From positions 135,222,001-135,286,000 of the forward strand of contig OZ360220.1 of NCBI GenBank assembly GCA_977017645.1: DNA of 64,000 bases, given 5' to 3'. The notes below the pieces were generated by a model that had not been told where the DNA came from, did not search any database, and saw only the letters and a list, made by a program, of their open reading frames with translations. Positions 39,101-54,100 of this stretch are shown in pieces (position 1 is the first letter of the stretch; every line of letters begins with the position of its first letter). Both the position numbers and the translations under genes were made by a program. Source of the DNA: Torpedo marmorata (taxonomy: Eukaryota).

Positions 39101-42100
39101 ATGAACGACAAATAAAGGTGACTTGACTTGACTAAACAAAAGTGTGGCATGTTATGTTTTAAATTGCACAATTTTGTTGCTTGTGATAATTGGAGCAGTC
39201 TATACTGGAAATAGCGACTGCTGGGATTCCACTCCCAATGTGTGGTGACTCTGCACTGGGATGGTGGCTGGATATCCTGAGCTCTCTTGATCTTGTTTAG
39301 TTTTCAGGAGTGAAGGACACTTCATTGTCTTCAACTGCTGACAGTGAATCCACACATTTGACCGGTCCTGAGCATGGCCAAGATGCGGAGAGCTCTTCCC
39401 CTGGGTCGCTCCTGGGGAGTGAAGGCAACTCAGCAATGGACCAAATGAAGAAAATGGACAGCACACTGGATGAAAGGTGAGCTTCTCCATCAGTGACTGC
39501 TGCTGAATCCTGCGGGAGGCAGAACTGAGCAAGGTTAGAAAAATGTACTTCAGAAAGCAACTGTGATAACCAATTATAAGACCTGCATTACAAGTGTTTT
39601 GTTCATCTTTAACAAATGTGAAGTCAAATTTAAGAAAAAGAAGAGAAAGAATGAATGATTTGCATTTAATTGGCACTGTTTATGACATTAGGACACCAAG
39701 AGCGCTCTAGAGTTATTGTAATGTAGAAAATGGGGGAAAAATCTACCAGTTTACAAGTCCCTTCAGCCACTTGGAGAACTTAGGTTACATAATTGATTTG
39801 AGTGACAGGCTGAATTATTCTTTTTATCATCCTAAAATTTAAAAGAAATGCTGTGACCACATATATTGGCAAGCTAGGGAGGGGTGACCTTACAAAGTTT
39901 TATAAAATGGTGAGGGACATAGATAAGGTGAATGTTCTCCATCTTTCTCCCAGGGTAGGAAGTCTAAAACTAGTGTGCATAGGTTTAAGGTGCAAGGGGA
40001 AAGATTTAAAGGAGACCCGAGGGGCAACCTTTTCATACAGAGGGTAGTGAGTATATGGAGCTAGCTGCCACAGGATGCGGTAGTTACAGCATTGGACAAA
40101 CATCTGGACAGGTTCATGGATAAGAAAGATTCACAGGGATATAGGCCTTAAGCAGGCAAATGAGAATAGCACAGGAAGCATCTCAGTCTCCGGGGACATT
40201 GGTCCTGTTTCCGTGCTATAAAACTCTATCACTTTTTTTTTGCATGGTCCAGGAGGTAACATGGTATTGCACTTAAACTGAGCTGGTGCTTAGGACTGAT
40301 GGCGGTAGGGTTGCGCATAATGGCTCACAACATGGGGCAAAAAAGGCACCACCCTTTACCCCATTTGGGTGGGCCCCATCCACCTGTCCACCTGGGTGGG
40401 CCCCATCCCTTCTGCCCCACCTGGGTGGGCCCAATCCTCCTGTCCACCTGGGTGGGCCCCATCCCTTCTGCCTCACCTGAGTGGGCCCCATCCTTCTGTC
40501 CACCTGGGTGGGCCCCATCCCTTCTGCCCCACCTGGGTGGGCCCCATCCCTTCTGCCCCACATGGGTGGGCCCCATCCTCCTGTCCACCTGGGTGGGCTC
40601 CATCCCTTCTGCCCCACCTGGGTGGGCCCCATCCACCTGTCCACCTGGGTGGGCCCCATCCCTTCTGCCCCACATGGGTGGGCCCCATCCCTTCTGCCCC
40701 ACATGGGTGGGCCCCATCCCTTCTGCCCCACGTGGGTGGGCTCCATCCCTTCTGCCCCACCTGGGTGGGCTCCATCCCTTTTGCCCCACCTGGGTGGGCT
40801 CCATCCCTTCTGCCCCACCTGGGTGGGCACCATCCCATTCCTTGCCTCATCGGGGTGGGCAAAACAGCAATGGTGTGTCTATCATCCTAGTAGCTGTGTA
40901 TGCAGCTATTTGAGGTTGAAGACCATACTGTCTGGATGTCCTCTTGACCAGGTGGGAGTTGAGGGAAATCAATAGGCAAGGGCAGGGACACAGAATCATT
41001 GCCAGTGACTTTATGGTCATCAATGCCAATTCCACAGCAGCTCTGCTGATCCATGTTTGTCTGAGTTGGGGGCATGGGATTCTTATGCATTTAATAGGTT
41101 CCTTGCAAGAAAAGAGGAGGAACTTGTGAGAAGGCGAAGGCAGGCCATGGATGTGCTGGTGAGGAAGCAATCTTTTGATATGGAGGAACAAGTCTCTCAC
41201 AGGACTGAGATGGAAGCTTTGGCCATCTGGATTCCACAGGTCAGGGAACAAGTTCCAAGCATAGAGGCAGGTATGTTTCAGCTTAATTATTTCGTCGTGC
41301 TTTTAGTTTAATTTCTTGCAGGCTCCTCTCTCTTGTGCCTCACATCACACATTGGTCCTTTTGCCACCATCCCAGCCCCAGTGGCTGAAGCTCAGTAGTT
41401 GACTTCCAGGAAGTGTGTTTGAGGATAGGTGTGATCTCTATTCTCCTAATTTTCTGTCATTTCATGTAAAATAGTACCTGCTATTCACTGCCCACCACCC
41501 ACAACTCCAAACCCAAACCCAATTGGCCATCAATGGGGAGATGTTCCCCTTGTTCCTGATCTGTTGAAATAAAGATGAATTTAATTATGATGCTTTAAGA
41601 ATTGTTTGTAAACCTAACCATAAATTATAATAAAAATGGTTGAGATTTATAAAAGTATGAAGGCACAACCCAAAGCTGATTTCAATAGGAAATCATAGAG
41701 AGGGATGTGCTTAGACTGCAGCTTCCAAATGTTGCACACTAAATAGTAATTTTGCTTCAAAATTAGTATTTTCAAATAATATTTTGCCAGGGATTTTCCC
41801 ACATTAGTGTGGCTCTCTTTTGCAAATTTTGGCTCCTACTGGCTGAGTGATGAGCAGGAATCATCATTTATTTAAATAAGGTGCTGCCTCCTTGTCGCCA
41901 GCTTTGCTGGATTTCACATCCACTGAGAGGTTGTACTTCCTCCTTCTATTTGGTCCAGACTGATTTTGCTGACAAAATGCAACCGGTAAATTCAAAAGCC
42001 AAACTTTCCAGGGATGAGTCTGGAAGATTTCTGTTGATGCAAAATCTGCAAAAATGTTCTTTCTTTTTCAATATTTTTATTAACATTGAACATTGAAATT

Positions 42101-45100
42101 TCACATCCAAAAATACAGAGTACATATGGATATATGTTAAAATTCAAAAAGATACATTACACTTAAATCATATCATTTCATCCAAGGTACTCCACATTTT
42201 AATCAAACAGATTATATTGTATTGATATTATTTATTGTATTGATATTATTTTTAATATTAAAAAAGGAAATCTAAACCCACTACAAAGAAAGAAGTTGTT
42301 CTTTCTGATTCTTTTAAATTTGGCAAGTTGCCACAGTCTTTTTGAGGCTTCTATTTCACTAATTCTTAAAAAGAACAAAAATCCAGCCAAATGCTCTTCT
42401 TTTAGGCCAATTTCTTTACTCAATGTTGACACTAAAATCTGCAAAAATGTTGAGTGAAATCATCAGCGGGAATTAGAATTCCAGAAGAGTCCAAGAATGT
42501 GGCCAGGATGTTGATGCAGCTCAAACTAGCTAATAACAAGTATAGTCTGCAGCACAAACCTGCATCTCATTTGTGAGAAGGCTGATGGTTTCACTTAGCA
42601 GTAAATGCTTCCAATAACACTCTCCCCTTCCTGCATCTCTCTGTCTCCATCTCGGGAGACAAGCTTTCCACCGACATTTACTACAAACCCTCCAACTCCC
42701 ACAACTACCTGGACTACACTTCCTCACACCCTGTCCCCTGCAAGGACTCCATCCCCTTCTCTCAATTTCTCCATCTCCGCCGCATCTGTTCCCAAGATGA
42801 GGTCTTCCAGTCCAGATCTTCTGAAATGTCTGCCTTCTTCCACAAACGTGGCTTCCCCTCCGCCACCATCAACTCAGCCCTCACCCGCATCTCCTCCATT
42901 TCCCGCTCATCGGCCCTGGCCCCCTCTGCCCCCAGACGCAACAAACATAGAATCCCCCTCATCCTCACTTACCACCCCACCAGCCTCCGCATCCAACACA
43001 TTATCCGCCGGAATTTCCGGCACTTACTACAGGATCCCACCACCAGACACATTTTTCCTTCTCCTCCCCTCTCGGCCTTCAGCAAGGACCGCTCCCTCCG
43101 TGATTCCCTCGTGCACTCATTCCTCCCCACGAATCGCACCCCCGCCACCTTCCCCTGTGCCCGCAGGAGGTGCAACACCTGCGCCCACACCTCCCCCCTC
43201 ACCACGGTCCGGGGCCCCAAACAGGCCTTTCAAGTGAAGCTACACTTCACTTCTACATCCAGAGAACTTATTTACTGCATCCGGTGCTCCCTTTGTGGCA
43301 TTCTCTACATCGGAGAGACCGGTCGTAGATTGGGAGACGCTTCGCTGAGCACCTCCTCTCCGTCCGCAACAACAGCGACCTTCCAGTAGCCAGCCATTTC
43401 AATTCCGAGTCACACTCCCACACTCACATGTCTGTCCATGGCCTTATGTACTATCCCACCCAGACTACCTGCAAATTGGAGGAACAACACCTTATTTTCC
43501 GTCTGGGCACTCTCCAGCCAGATGGCATTAACACTGACTTTTCTGCTTTCCACTAAACCTGCTTGCCTTTTCGTTCCCCTCCCCCCTTACCTGTCCTTCC
43601 AGTTTTTTTCCACCCACCCAGCCATCCCTCATCCCCCTCTTTGCTGCTGTCCCCTCCCTCCTTTCTCCACCTATCATCTCCTGCCTTTGCCATCCCCCTT
43701 CCCCCCTCACTCCTTTGTTCGGACGCCTGCCGGCATTTTCTCATACTTTGATGAAGGGCTCAAGCCCGAAACGTCGGTTATGTATGTCTACCTTTGCTAC
43801 ATAAAAGACACTGTTTGACCTGCTGAGTTTCTCCAGCATTTGTGTTTTTTACTTCAACCACGGTGTCTACAGATTTTCGTGATTTACTAGTAAATGCTTC
43901 CATCTGTATTACTTCTTTCATAGTGTTCTAAAGCACTTTTAAATCAAAAAGGAACATTTTGAGCTTCTGTCACATTTGTAATGTGGAAAATGCAGCAGAC
44001 AGTATGAGATAATGGCAGCATAGAGGAACAGCAGTTAGTTCTGCTGCCTCACATCTCCTGATTCCATGTTCAATTCTGTTCTTGCATGCTGTTTCAGTGT
44101 TGATTGCAAGATTTCTCAGTATCCATTTACATCCCAAAAATGTGATGGTATTTTCATTGGAAATAGGGAAGGGGGAATGGGACTAATGGGATTACTTCCC
44201 TTGTGGTCAGTATTGCCTTGAAAGGCTGAATGGCCTTGTTCTGTGTTGTAATAAGTATAGTATATTTATTTACTGTGATGTTGGTTGAAGCATAAATACT
44301 GGCTCAAGCAAACTCCCTTGCTCTTAAAATATTCCCACAAGTCCCTTTGCATTTACTAGAAAAGACAGACTCCGTCTAATCCAAATGTTTCATGAGTGGA
44401 ACTTGAACTCTTAAAAATTCTGACAGAGATTGGAATGCTTCTCATTGAGCCTTGGCTGACACCAGGCCGAAAGCCTGGGACTGTATATTGGGATTGAAAT
44501 GAAATTTTATTTTGCTCAACAGCAAAACATTGTGCAAGGTGTGAAAGGAAGGGAGGTAAAGTGTGGTAAAGTGGGAATTAATTACCAGGAGCTTGATGAT
44601 ACTTTCAATAAGTATCTTAAGCGGATGAGGTAAACTTGCATTTTGTTTAAATACCCTGCACTCTGTCGCTGGAGTGTAGTGTAAATAAATCATAACTAAT
44701 TGCTACTGAACCTTCTAAGAGATTTGAGAACTTGCCAATTCCTGCCAGCTATTATGGATTTAGTAGGCAACAATATGCTTTGGCATGTTTTTATATTGTG
44801 CATTATGGACCTATTCAATGGCATTTTTCTCTGGGATTATCTTTTTTCATGAAGAAAGATTAATTCAAGGGCCTTGTCATGTTCTGGAACTCTATATTTG
44901 ACAAAGATTCAAAAATTGATGTAAGATTATAGACACATACAACTGCAGGAATAAATAACAATTGGATATTAGAATAGACAACAAGCTGGAACATTTCTCT
45001 AGAAGTGACAAAACTGAAGAGAGCTCCATAATTTTTTAAAGATTATGGATATGATAAAATGATCACTGCAAATCTGTTTCTGTGTCCGGGTGATACCAGA

Positions 45101-48100
45101 ACCAGGGACTGAAAGTATAAAGGAAAACTGAAAATAGTGGAAATACTCAGCAGGTTGAGCAGCTACTGTGGAAAGAGAATCAGGGTTAACATTTCAGAAC
45201 AAAAGGGCCTTTGATCTGAAACGTTAACTCCTTTTCTCTTTCCATGGATGCTGTCTAGCCTGTTAAGTGTTTCCTACACTTACTGTTTTTTATTTCAAAT
45301 TTCCAGCAACTGCAGTCTTTGGATTTTCCATTGAAATAAATACAAAGTGATCCTCAAGAAGTTCAATCATTCACTAATTGCTTGTAAGGTGTGTCAGAAG
45401 GCAATCTCATTTCTGTCAATCCAAGCTGAGGAAGATTGCACAAATGGATTTAATTGGAAGCTGGAGAAGCACTTGGAGAAGAAACATGGGGATGTGTTGA
45501 TGAAGAGTGGGAGGAGACTACTATGAATAAGACCTGCTCATAGACCCATCATAAAAGAGATTTAGACTGTTCCATCTCTTTCAAAATATATCCTCTGGAA
45601 TCCTTCTTATGAAGCCTTGACTGCCTCTGTTTATGTTTATAAGATTGAGGCCAAAACTGTTCACAGGCCTCCTGGTATGATTTCACCAAGTTGAAGATGA
45701 CTTCCCTGCTTTGTAATTCTAGCCTTCTGTGGAGATGAGTCCAGTGCTTCGTTTGCTTTTTTAATGAAGGCCTGTGTGGGTTATTTTGGTGATTTATGCC
45801 CTCAAATCCTTTTGTTCCTCCACTAGTTGTTGATCAAGGAATATGCAGCTTCTTCTTCCTTCAGAATGTAACACCTCTTATTTATCTGTATTGAAATACA
45901 TTTACCATTTACCTGTATTTGTGGATGTTTCTCATGGGATTTAGTGTCACTAACTTTGCCAGAATTATTGTCCATTCTTAAATGCCGAGAGATGTTGATG
46001 GTGAAATTCTGCCTTGACCTGCTGCAATTCTTCTAGTGAAAGTATTCCCATTATGCTGTTAAGGAAGGAGTTCTGTGATTTAGACCCAGTGACAATGAAG
46101 GAATGACAATGTACATTTTTGTCAGGGTGATGTTCAAAGTATTCCTAAATACCCGGTACCTTGTCCTTAGTGGTAGTGGATTTTGGGGCGTGCTGTTAGA
46201 GTAGTCCAGACAAATAAATTTATAGCTGGGTCCCTCAGATTGATAAAAAAGCAGTACCTGGCATGATTTTGAAGAAGAGCAGGGAAGTTCTCCACGATGT
46301 CCAGGCCAATAATTAACCACTTACAATCAATAACAATAGATGATCTGGTCTGTAACAACATTGCTGAACATAAATTCAATGCTGTATTTCCTACATTACC
46401 ACACCAAGCACACTTCAAAAAATAAAGATTCATTGGCTATAAAGCACCTTGAGATGTGTTGGGATGATTGAAAATCATGTGTAAAAACAGGTTCTTTCAC
46501 TGAACAGATAGAATCCCTCTTTCACTAATCAAGGAGTGATTTAGCCAATGTTGGCACTTTAACCATGGCTAACCCAACAATGACCAGACATTGAAGCGGG
46601 GATCTGCTACATCTGAGTGTTGTGGCATGAGATATTATGCTTCTTTTTGAATCTCTCTCCCATGTGAATTAGATAACTGGAAGTCTGAAGAATGCTCACA
46701 TTCCTCAGAATCAACTGAACACCTTGAGATAACCAAAATGGTGGCGTGGGCTGCAGACTTTTCTATGGACAAACTAAATGAAGGGAAGCAGAATGTGGTA
46801 AGCACAATGTCAGTGTTTTGGTCCAAATTTTGGTGGTTTACTTATATTAATTGTCTTCATTATGTAAAGATTGTAAAGGGTTAGTTGCTAAATTCTGCTC
46901 CCAGTGAGCTACTGAGAACAAAATAAAGATTTAACTCTCGCAGTCTTGTTTAAAATAACAATGAATAATTTTAAATTAAAAATCAGCATAGATTCTTCCA
47001 GCTGCCTGACCCACATTGGAAATCTGTGAGAGAGAGCAGGAGCAATTTCACCAACCACCTTCCCTTCCCATACCATGCCTTTGGCACAATAGCATGCTGA
47101 TGGTTTCTATTCCTTTATGGCTCTTCATGGAACTTCATCTGGAAAATGATATATGGCTCTGGCCTTCCTACTAACCAAGGATATAATGAGGCTAGACTGA
47201 TTGCAGTGAAGGTTCACCAGATTGATCCAAGGATTGGGAGATGTCATATGAGGAGAAATTAAGCAGACCAGGGTAGTTTTCTCAAGTTTAGATGTAATTT
47301 AATTTGAGAAAAGTTAAATCCCATGAGTAAGATGTAATTTCATTGAAACATGCACATTTCTATGGAGCTTGATGGGTTAAACAGAGCATTGATATTTCCC
47401 TTGTCTGTGTTTTCTGGAACTTGGGGACATAATCTCAAAATAAGGGGATAGCCTTTCAGGACAGATATGAGAAAATATATCTTCAGCCAGAGGGTAGTGA
47501 ATCTTAAGAATTCTCTACCGAATATTGCTGTCGAGACTCGCTGAGTATATTCAATGGATTTTTGTCTGTTTCAGGAATGAAGGGATAAGGGATGACTGAT
47601 TTGCATAAAAGATCAGCCATAATCTTACTGAATGGCAGGGAAGGCACAAAGGGCCAAATAGCCTACTCCTGCTTCTATTTTTTTTATGTTCTTACTCCTA
47701 TTCAACCATGTAGACATCAGAAGATAAACATTGACCAAAGAACTTTAACCCAGCACGAGAAGAAACCTCATGGGGAAGTATAACAAAATATCTTAGTATT
47801 CGTTACTTGTACTTTTTCAATTCAGCAACAAGAAGCGTTTAAAGAGAAGTGATAAATGGGTATTAGTTTTATCAGATTTAATGTCAAAGAATGAGATCTG
47901 AGCAAGCACCTGCCTCCAGAAGTTGATAGGATTCTTGATGCACATGAAGAGGTTAATGCACTTCATATTAATCTTGTTTTAACCAAGGTAAATAAAACAC
48001 TATTTAAATGTGAGACAACCGTATAATAAAGCAAATATAAATACCATTTAATATTTGAGCTCCCCAAATGTATCTTGTCCAAAGATTACATCAGCAGCTG

Positions 48101-51100
48101 TTTTTGTTTAAAATTCATTTGGATTAACTAGACTAAATCTACTCAACATGAAAGGAGGGTGAACAGAGATCCTATGTGTTATGATTCCACACAACAAATT
48201 GGAATGGCATGTCATTTGGTCCATTAGAATTCTACAAGAGTGTTTCTGAATGGGAAGATGTTAGATTTCATTTGATGGATAAGAATAGAAAAGGTTGATT
48301 TGTTTTAAATTCTGTAAAAGGTTCTGGAAAAGGATTTGTTGGAATTCAGTGCAATAAAACAGCGCTGACATTCTGGGATATGATTTATTTGTTAGAGTTT
48401 TAAACCTGATTACACAATGCAAGAATGAGGAATAGAAATACAAGGAGGCCCCTTGTGCCTGCTTTGCCATTCATGAGATCATAATTACTTTAATTCCACT
48501 TCCCTGCACTAACCCCACTTTTTCCTTGGTATCCAAAATCTCATAACCTCTCCCTTGAATATTACTCAGTGCTGAGCCACTGGGATCAAATCTGCACCTT
48601 TTCTCTTTTATAGGTATGTTGTTCATTACATTGGAAGTCCAAAGCAATATATGCCATCTAATCTAACCAGTGCCCCATATAATTGCAGTAACTCCACTCA
48701 AATCCTCTTGCGATAAAGGCCAATATATACCAATTGTCTACCTAACTGCTTGCCATTCATGATGTAGTAGTCTGATATAGGACAATTCTACAGTATCTAC
48801 GATCTTTCTTATTGGAAAGTACCTGAGAGTTGGGGCATAACATTTCATCTGAAATTTCAACCATGAGTTAGTGAGCATTTTGATTTTGCAGTTTATTGCA
48901 AAATTATGTCATCATGTCAACAATTATAATAAAGCATATGAACACGAGAAAAGGAATGGCATAGCCATCGGCTGCTCTGGCATTCATTATGATCATGGCT
49001 GATCTTCTATCTCAGTACAATTTCCAGTACCATTCCTATCTCTCTTGATCACCTTAATGTCCAGAAGTCTATTAATCTTTATATTAAATGATGCCTTCAC
49101 AGACGTCTTCGATAGAGAATTCTAAAGGTTTGCCACTGTCTGAGTTTAGGAATTTCATCTCATCTCAGTCTTAGATTAGATTAGATTAGATTAGATTAGA
49201 TTAGATGCACTTTATTGTCATTGTACCAGTTCAAAACAAGCCAATGAGATACAACTAGCATCCAACCAGAAGTTAAAAAATAGTGCTATATACATCACAG
49301 TAAAACATGTGCAATTAAAACCAACAATAACCTAATCAACAACGATAACCTATTCAACAACAAACTATTATAAAAGTACTGATATTACAATGTGAGTGCA
49401 GTACCACTCAACGCTGTGATTCAGTGTTCATCAGGCTCACAGCCTCATGAAAGAAACTCTTCTTCAGCCTGCTGGTACGCGAGCGAAGGCTCCTGTAGCA
49501 TCTGCCCGATGGGAGAAGAGTAAAAAGTCTGTGATTTTGGTGTGATGCATCCTTAATAATGTTCCTCGCCCTGCCCAGACACCGTTCTCTATAGATGTTC
49601 TCGATGGTGGGCAACTGCATGCCAATAATCCGCTGGGCAGTTTTCACCACCCGCTGGAGTACTTTGCAGTTACCATACCACGCCGAGATACCATATGTCA
49701 ATACGCTCTCAATGGTACATCTATAGAAATCCAATAATATCCTAGGACAGAGGTGTACCTTCCTCATGCTTCGCAGAAAGTAAAGACGCTGTTGTGCCTT
49801 TTTAATCAGCTTTGAAGAATTCAAGGACCAAGTAAGATCTTCAGAAATCTGGATGCCAAGAAATTTAAAGCTTGACACACGTTCCACCACAACTCCATGG
49901 ATGTAAATAGGGACGTGAGTGTGGCTTCCAGCACACCTAAAGTCCACAATGATCTCCTTGGTCTTCTGAGTATTAAGTGTCAGGTTATTATCGGCACACC
50001 ACAAGGCCAGGTGCTGAACTTCATCCCTATAGGCCGTTTCATCGTCCCCTCTGATCAGGCCAACCACCGTGGTGTCATCTGCGAACTTGATTATAGAGTT
50101 CGTACTATGTACAGGAACGCAGTCGGAGGTAAAAAGGGAATACAAAAGAGGGCTCAACACACAACCCTGAGGTACGCCGGTATTCAAGGTGAGAATGGAA
50201 GAGAAAAGATTGCCTAACTTAACAGATTGGGGTCTGTTAGTTAGAAAGTCCAAAATCCAATTACAGAGGGATGAGCTGATACCAAGCAGACAAAGTTTGG
50301 TAATCAGCTTGGAGGGAATAACAGTGTTGAAAGCCAAGCTGATGTCTATGAACAGCATTCTGACATAAGAGTTAGAGCTGTCCAAGTGTGTCAAAGCAGA
50401 GTGGAGCACTGTTGAAATAGCATCCTCGGTCGACCTGTTGGTACGGTAGGCAAATTGATGAGAGTCCATAGTGGCAGGCAAACAGAATTTCAAATGTGAT
50501 AAAACCAATCTCTCAAAACACTTTGCGATGATGGGAGTAAGTGCAACTGGACGGTAATCATTCAAGCTCCTGACAGCAGAACACTTCGGCACTGGCACGA
50601 TAGTAGCAATCTTGAAGCTCGTTGGTACAACTGCCTTGGCTAGGGACAGATTGAAAATGTCCATTAAAAACCCCAGCCAACTGTTCTGCACAGGCTCTAA
50701 GCACACGGCCAGGTATGCCATCCGGACCAGCAGCCTTCCGTACATTCACCCTACTCAAGGTGGCCCATACATCAGAGATGGAAAATGAGAGAGGCTTACT
50801 CTTAAATAGCTTACTCTTTATTCTAAAAAAAATTGCACCTTGATCCTAAACTCTTCGGCAAGGAGAAATGTCCTCCTATGTCTATTCTAGAAAACCTTGA
50901 AAAAAATTGTTTTGATGGGATCTCCTCTCATTCTTTTCAAAAGTCTTGCATCATCCCAATCTGCTTGTGTAAGTAAGGATATAGATGAAAGCAAGCACCT
51001 GATTGGCAAATTTATCATAACTTTGAAACAGTAACGATTTACAAAGGAACAAAAGAACCTGTGCTTTTATGCTTGTTTCTTCTGATACTGATGATTTGGC

Positions 51101-54100
51101 TGCCATCCATGCCAAAGTAGAGAATACTTTTCCAAGTAGAGGCAGTTCATCTCAGAACGTGTATCTCTGGAATTGATCGAATGGATGGGCAGTGTTCTTA
51201 CAGCTGGATGCATTAATGACATCTCCAATCTCAGCAGGTTACCATCACATATCCATTCCAGAGCTCAGACACCCTGGAACAGTGGTTCTCAACCTTTTTC
51301 TTTCCACTCACATACCACCTTAAGTATGCCATAGATGCTCCGTGATTAGTAACGGATTACTTAAGGTGATATGTGAGTGGAAAAAATAACACTGAGAACC
51401 ACTGATCTGGAACAACATAGCTCAATACCTTCTCCTCAAGGATTAACAATTGCAAGTATCTTGGAATTGAGCTGCACCAGACTGACCAACTAATGTCTTC
51501 TTGTGGAATTTGATTTTGTGCTTTGAACTTTGCAGTTAAAATCACGCCTTTTACATTTGTGTTTCTTCTTTATAGCAACCTGCTGAAACTCTGAAACAAA
51601 TCTCTACAGTTGTTCTGGAACCATCTGAAAAATCGGTGACAAAAGCAGCCAAGAATCAATCGGGGAAAGGTTTCCTCGCCAGTGGTAAGAAGTGAATCTG
51701 TCTATTGCCTTAAAAACAGAAATTATGATGTCATCACAACTCCAGAAGCTGGTTATGTTATTTCTCTGCATGTGGTTGTGTCTGGTTTGTACCATACATA
51801 AATAAATCCCATTTGTCAGGTTTGATAACAATTACTTTTCCTTTCCAAAATATATGTAGAAGATTGTTAATTTTAAAATAACCGAACATGAGTTTTAAAA
51901 TAATAGTCCAAGGCTAAAAATGGATACAGTGAAAATACCGCATCCTATGTCATCATGTTACCAAGTTGCATTTAAATGGCCAATTGTTTCCAACTGGTGA
52001 TGAGTACTGCAGCAAGTTCCAGCTGCCATTACCTATTACCACAAACAACTTGTACAATAGTACTGGCAACAGCCATATGATCAATCTGAAATATTTTTCA
52101 TAACAGAGACAACTACAGAGCCAACAGCTGGAGAAGCCTACACCTCACCACTGAGGTGTGAGTTGGTGAGCTGCAAAGAGATGATGAGCAGCATTTGGAG
52201 TGAGCAACGGAGGCGACAGAGGGAAAGGTTAAAGATGGAGGAAGCTGAACTGTGCAGACAGCTGGAGGTTTGTTGCATACATCAAATGAGAACAATTTAT
52301 TGTCATGACCCTTATCAACTGAAAGAATGGTGGTGTATTAGTAATTGGGTGGTTGTCGCGAATGTTCAAGTGCTACCGAGATGCAGAGTGGTAGTTGTTT
52401 AAAATAACAGCTAATTGAGGTATTTGTTTGCTCTGAAGTGTTTCTTATTATCCACGTTTGATGACTTGTCCAGTATTTGTGACTGTTACAGTTCTGTTGT
52501 TTTTATTGCAGGTGTATGATGCCTTTATCAGTCGGACACAAGCTGAATTGATTTTGGACACTGACGTCAATCATATTCAAAAGCCTCAAATTAAAACCCT
52601 TACTGGTGCTCAGTGCAAGTCACAAGTGAATTTTCCTTGGCTGCAGAGGTACAGAAAAATGTTAAACATTACTTCTGGCTGTAAAATGGTTGCAAAGCAG
52701 GAGGAATCAAAAAGAAACAGAAAAAGGTGAGTATAGAGAATGAACATGGAAAAAATGCACACAGAAAGCAAAAAGATCAGATAAGGGGAAAAATGGGCAA
52801 GAGAAATAGAAACAAGAATTTCAAACAAATTGCAATGAGGAGTGCAATGAGAGTCACCTCCATCCCCATTACTTCATCCCCAGTAATCAGCCCAAAAATA
52901 TACACTAACATCATGGACGAGTGAACATTTTCATGTTAGGGATGCTCACTTGCACATTCCTACAAAATGCAATAAATTTAGATTCTTCTGCACTTACCTA
53001 CCCCAGAACATGATAAAATTGAATTCCTTGAAGAAGGGCTTGTGCCCAAAACGTTGATTATATATCTTTATCTTCTATGGACACTGAATGACCTGCTGAG
53101 TTCCTCCGACATTTTTGTGTTTTTACGACAATCACAGCATCTGCAGACTTCCGTGTTTCATTTAATAATAAAATTGAGTGTGAGCTTCAATTGAAGATGC
53201 AAGGGAGTAGTAATGAAAGAATTTCTACCTCCACCTAGATCCAATCTTCTTCAACATTCAGCAAAACAAGGTGCTATGATACTTCAGTCACAAGACTTGC
53301 CTTCAGAGCAAGGTAGGGGATACATAAAAGGCTGGAAACAATGGTGATGTTAATTATTGCTACTGATTTAAATTGAAGGTAACTTCTGGCATCATCCATG
53401 CACGGTTAAACAGAAATGTGGAAAATGCTTTGGTTGATGACCTATTGCTTGACATTGTGCTCTTCTGTGGCCTTTGCATATGCAATCAGCACAATCGGTC
53501 ATTTGACATGAATTTACAACTTAAAAATATTAAGCCTTGTTTCATCCTGAGCAATTTAGTTTTTAATAGAGTTCCACATTATAACTACTGCTGAACATCC
53601 TCTTTGGCCTTAAAAATGGAATGTTTCAATTGTGGAGTCTCATTCACTGAGAATGATATGTAAAAATTGCATGTTTTTTCAAAAGAAAATCTTATGATAT
53701 ACTGTATTCCTTATGTTGGTAGTTTGATATTTGATCTGGTCTCAAGTGGCTCTCAGTTTAAGTTCAAGTTTATTATCATCCAGTTGCACAAGTACAACCC
53801 GACAAAACAGCATCCTCTGGTCCTCATTCTCCAGTCCGGTTTAGTACATCTCCATGCAATAATTTCAAATATGATATATAATTCTTTCATATTTTCTGCT
53901 TTCCAGACTCTTAGATTTCTTCAGTTTGCCAATAAACCCACCCGATTGCTGTATTGTCTCTTAATGCCTTTCCTCTCCTCTGTAGCCATACATTCAGAAT
54001 AATAGTGGAATTGGGAAATCAATGCTCAAAATTCCACAAAAATCTTTCTGGGGTGCTGTTCGAGGTCCACTTTGAGTGTTAGCCCAATGTTACTGACAGC

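Noticed and set aside
40360-40840. CRISPR-like array (29-bp repeats)
   Set aside because: Units are directly adjacent with no unique spacers; vertebrate intron; no cas genes
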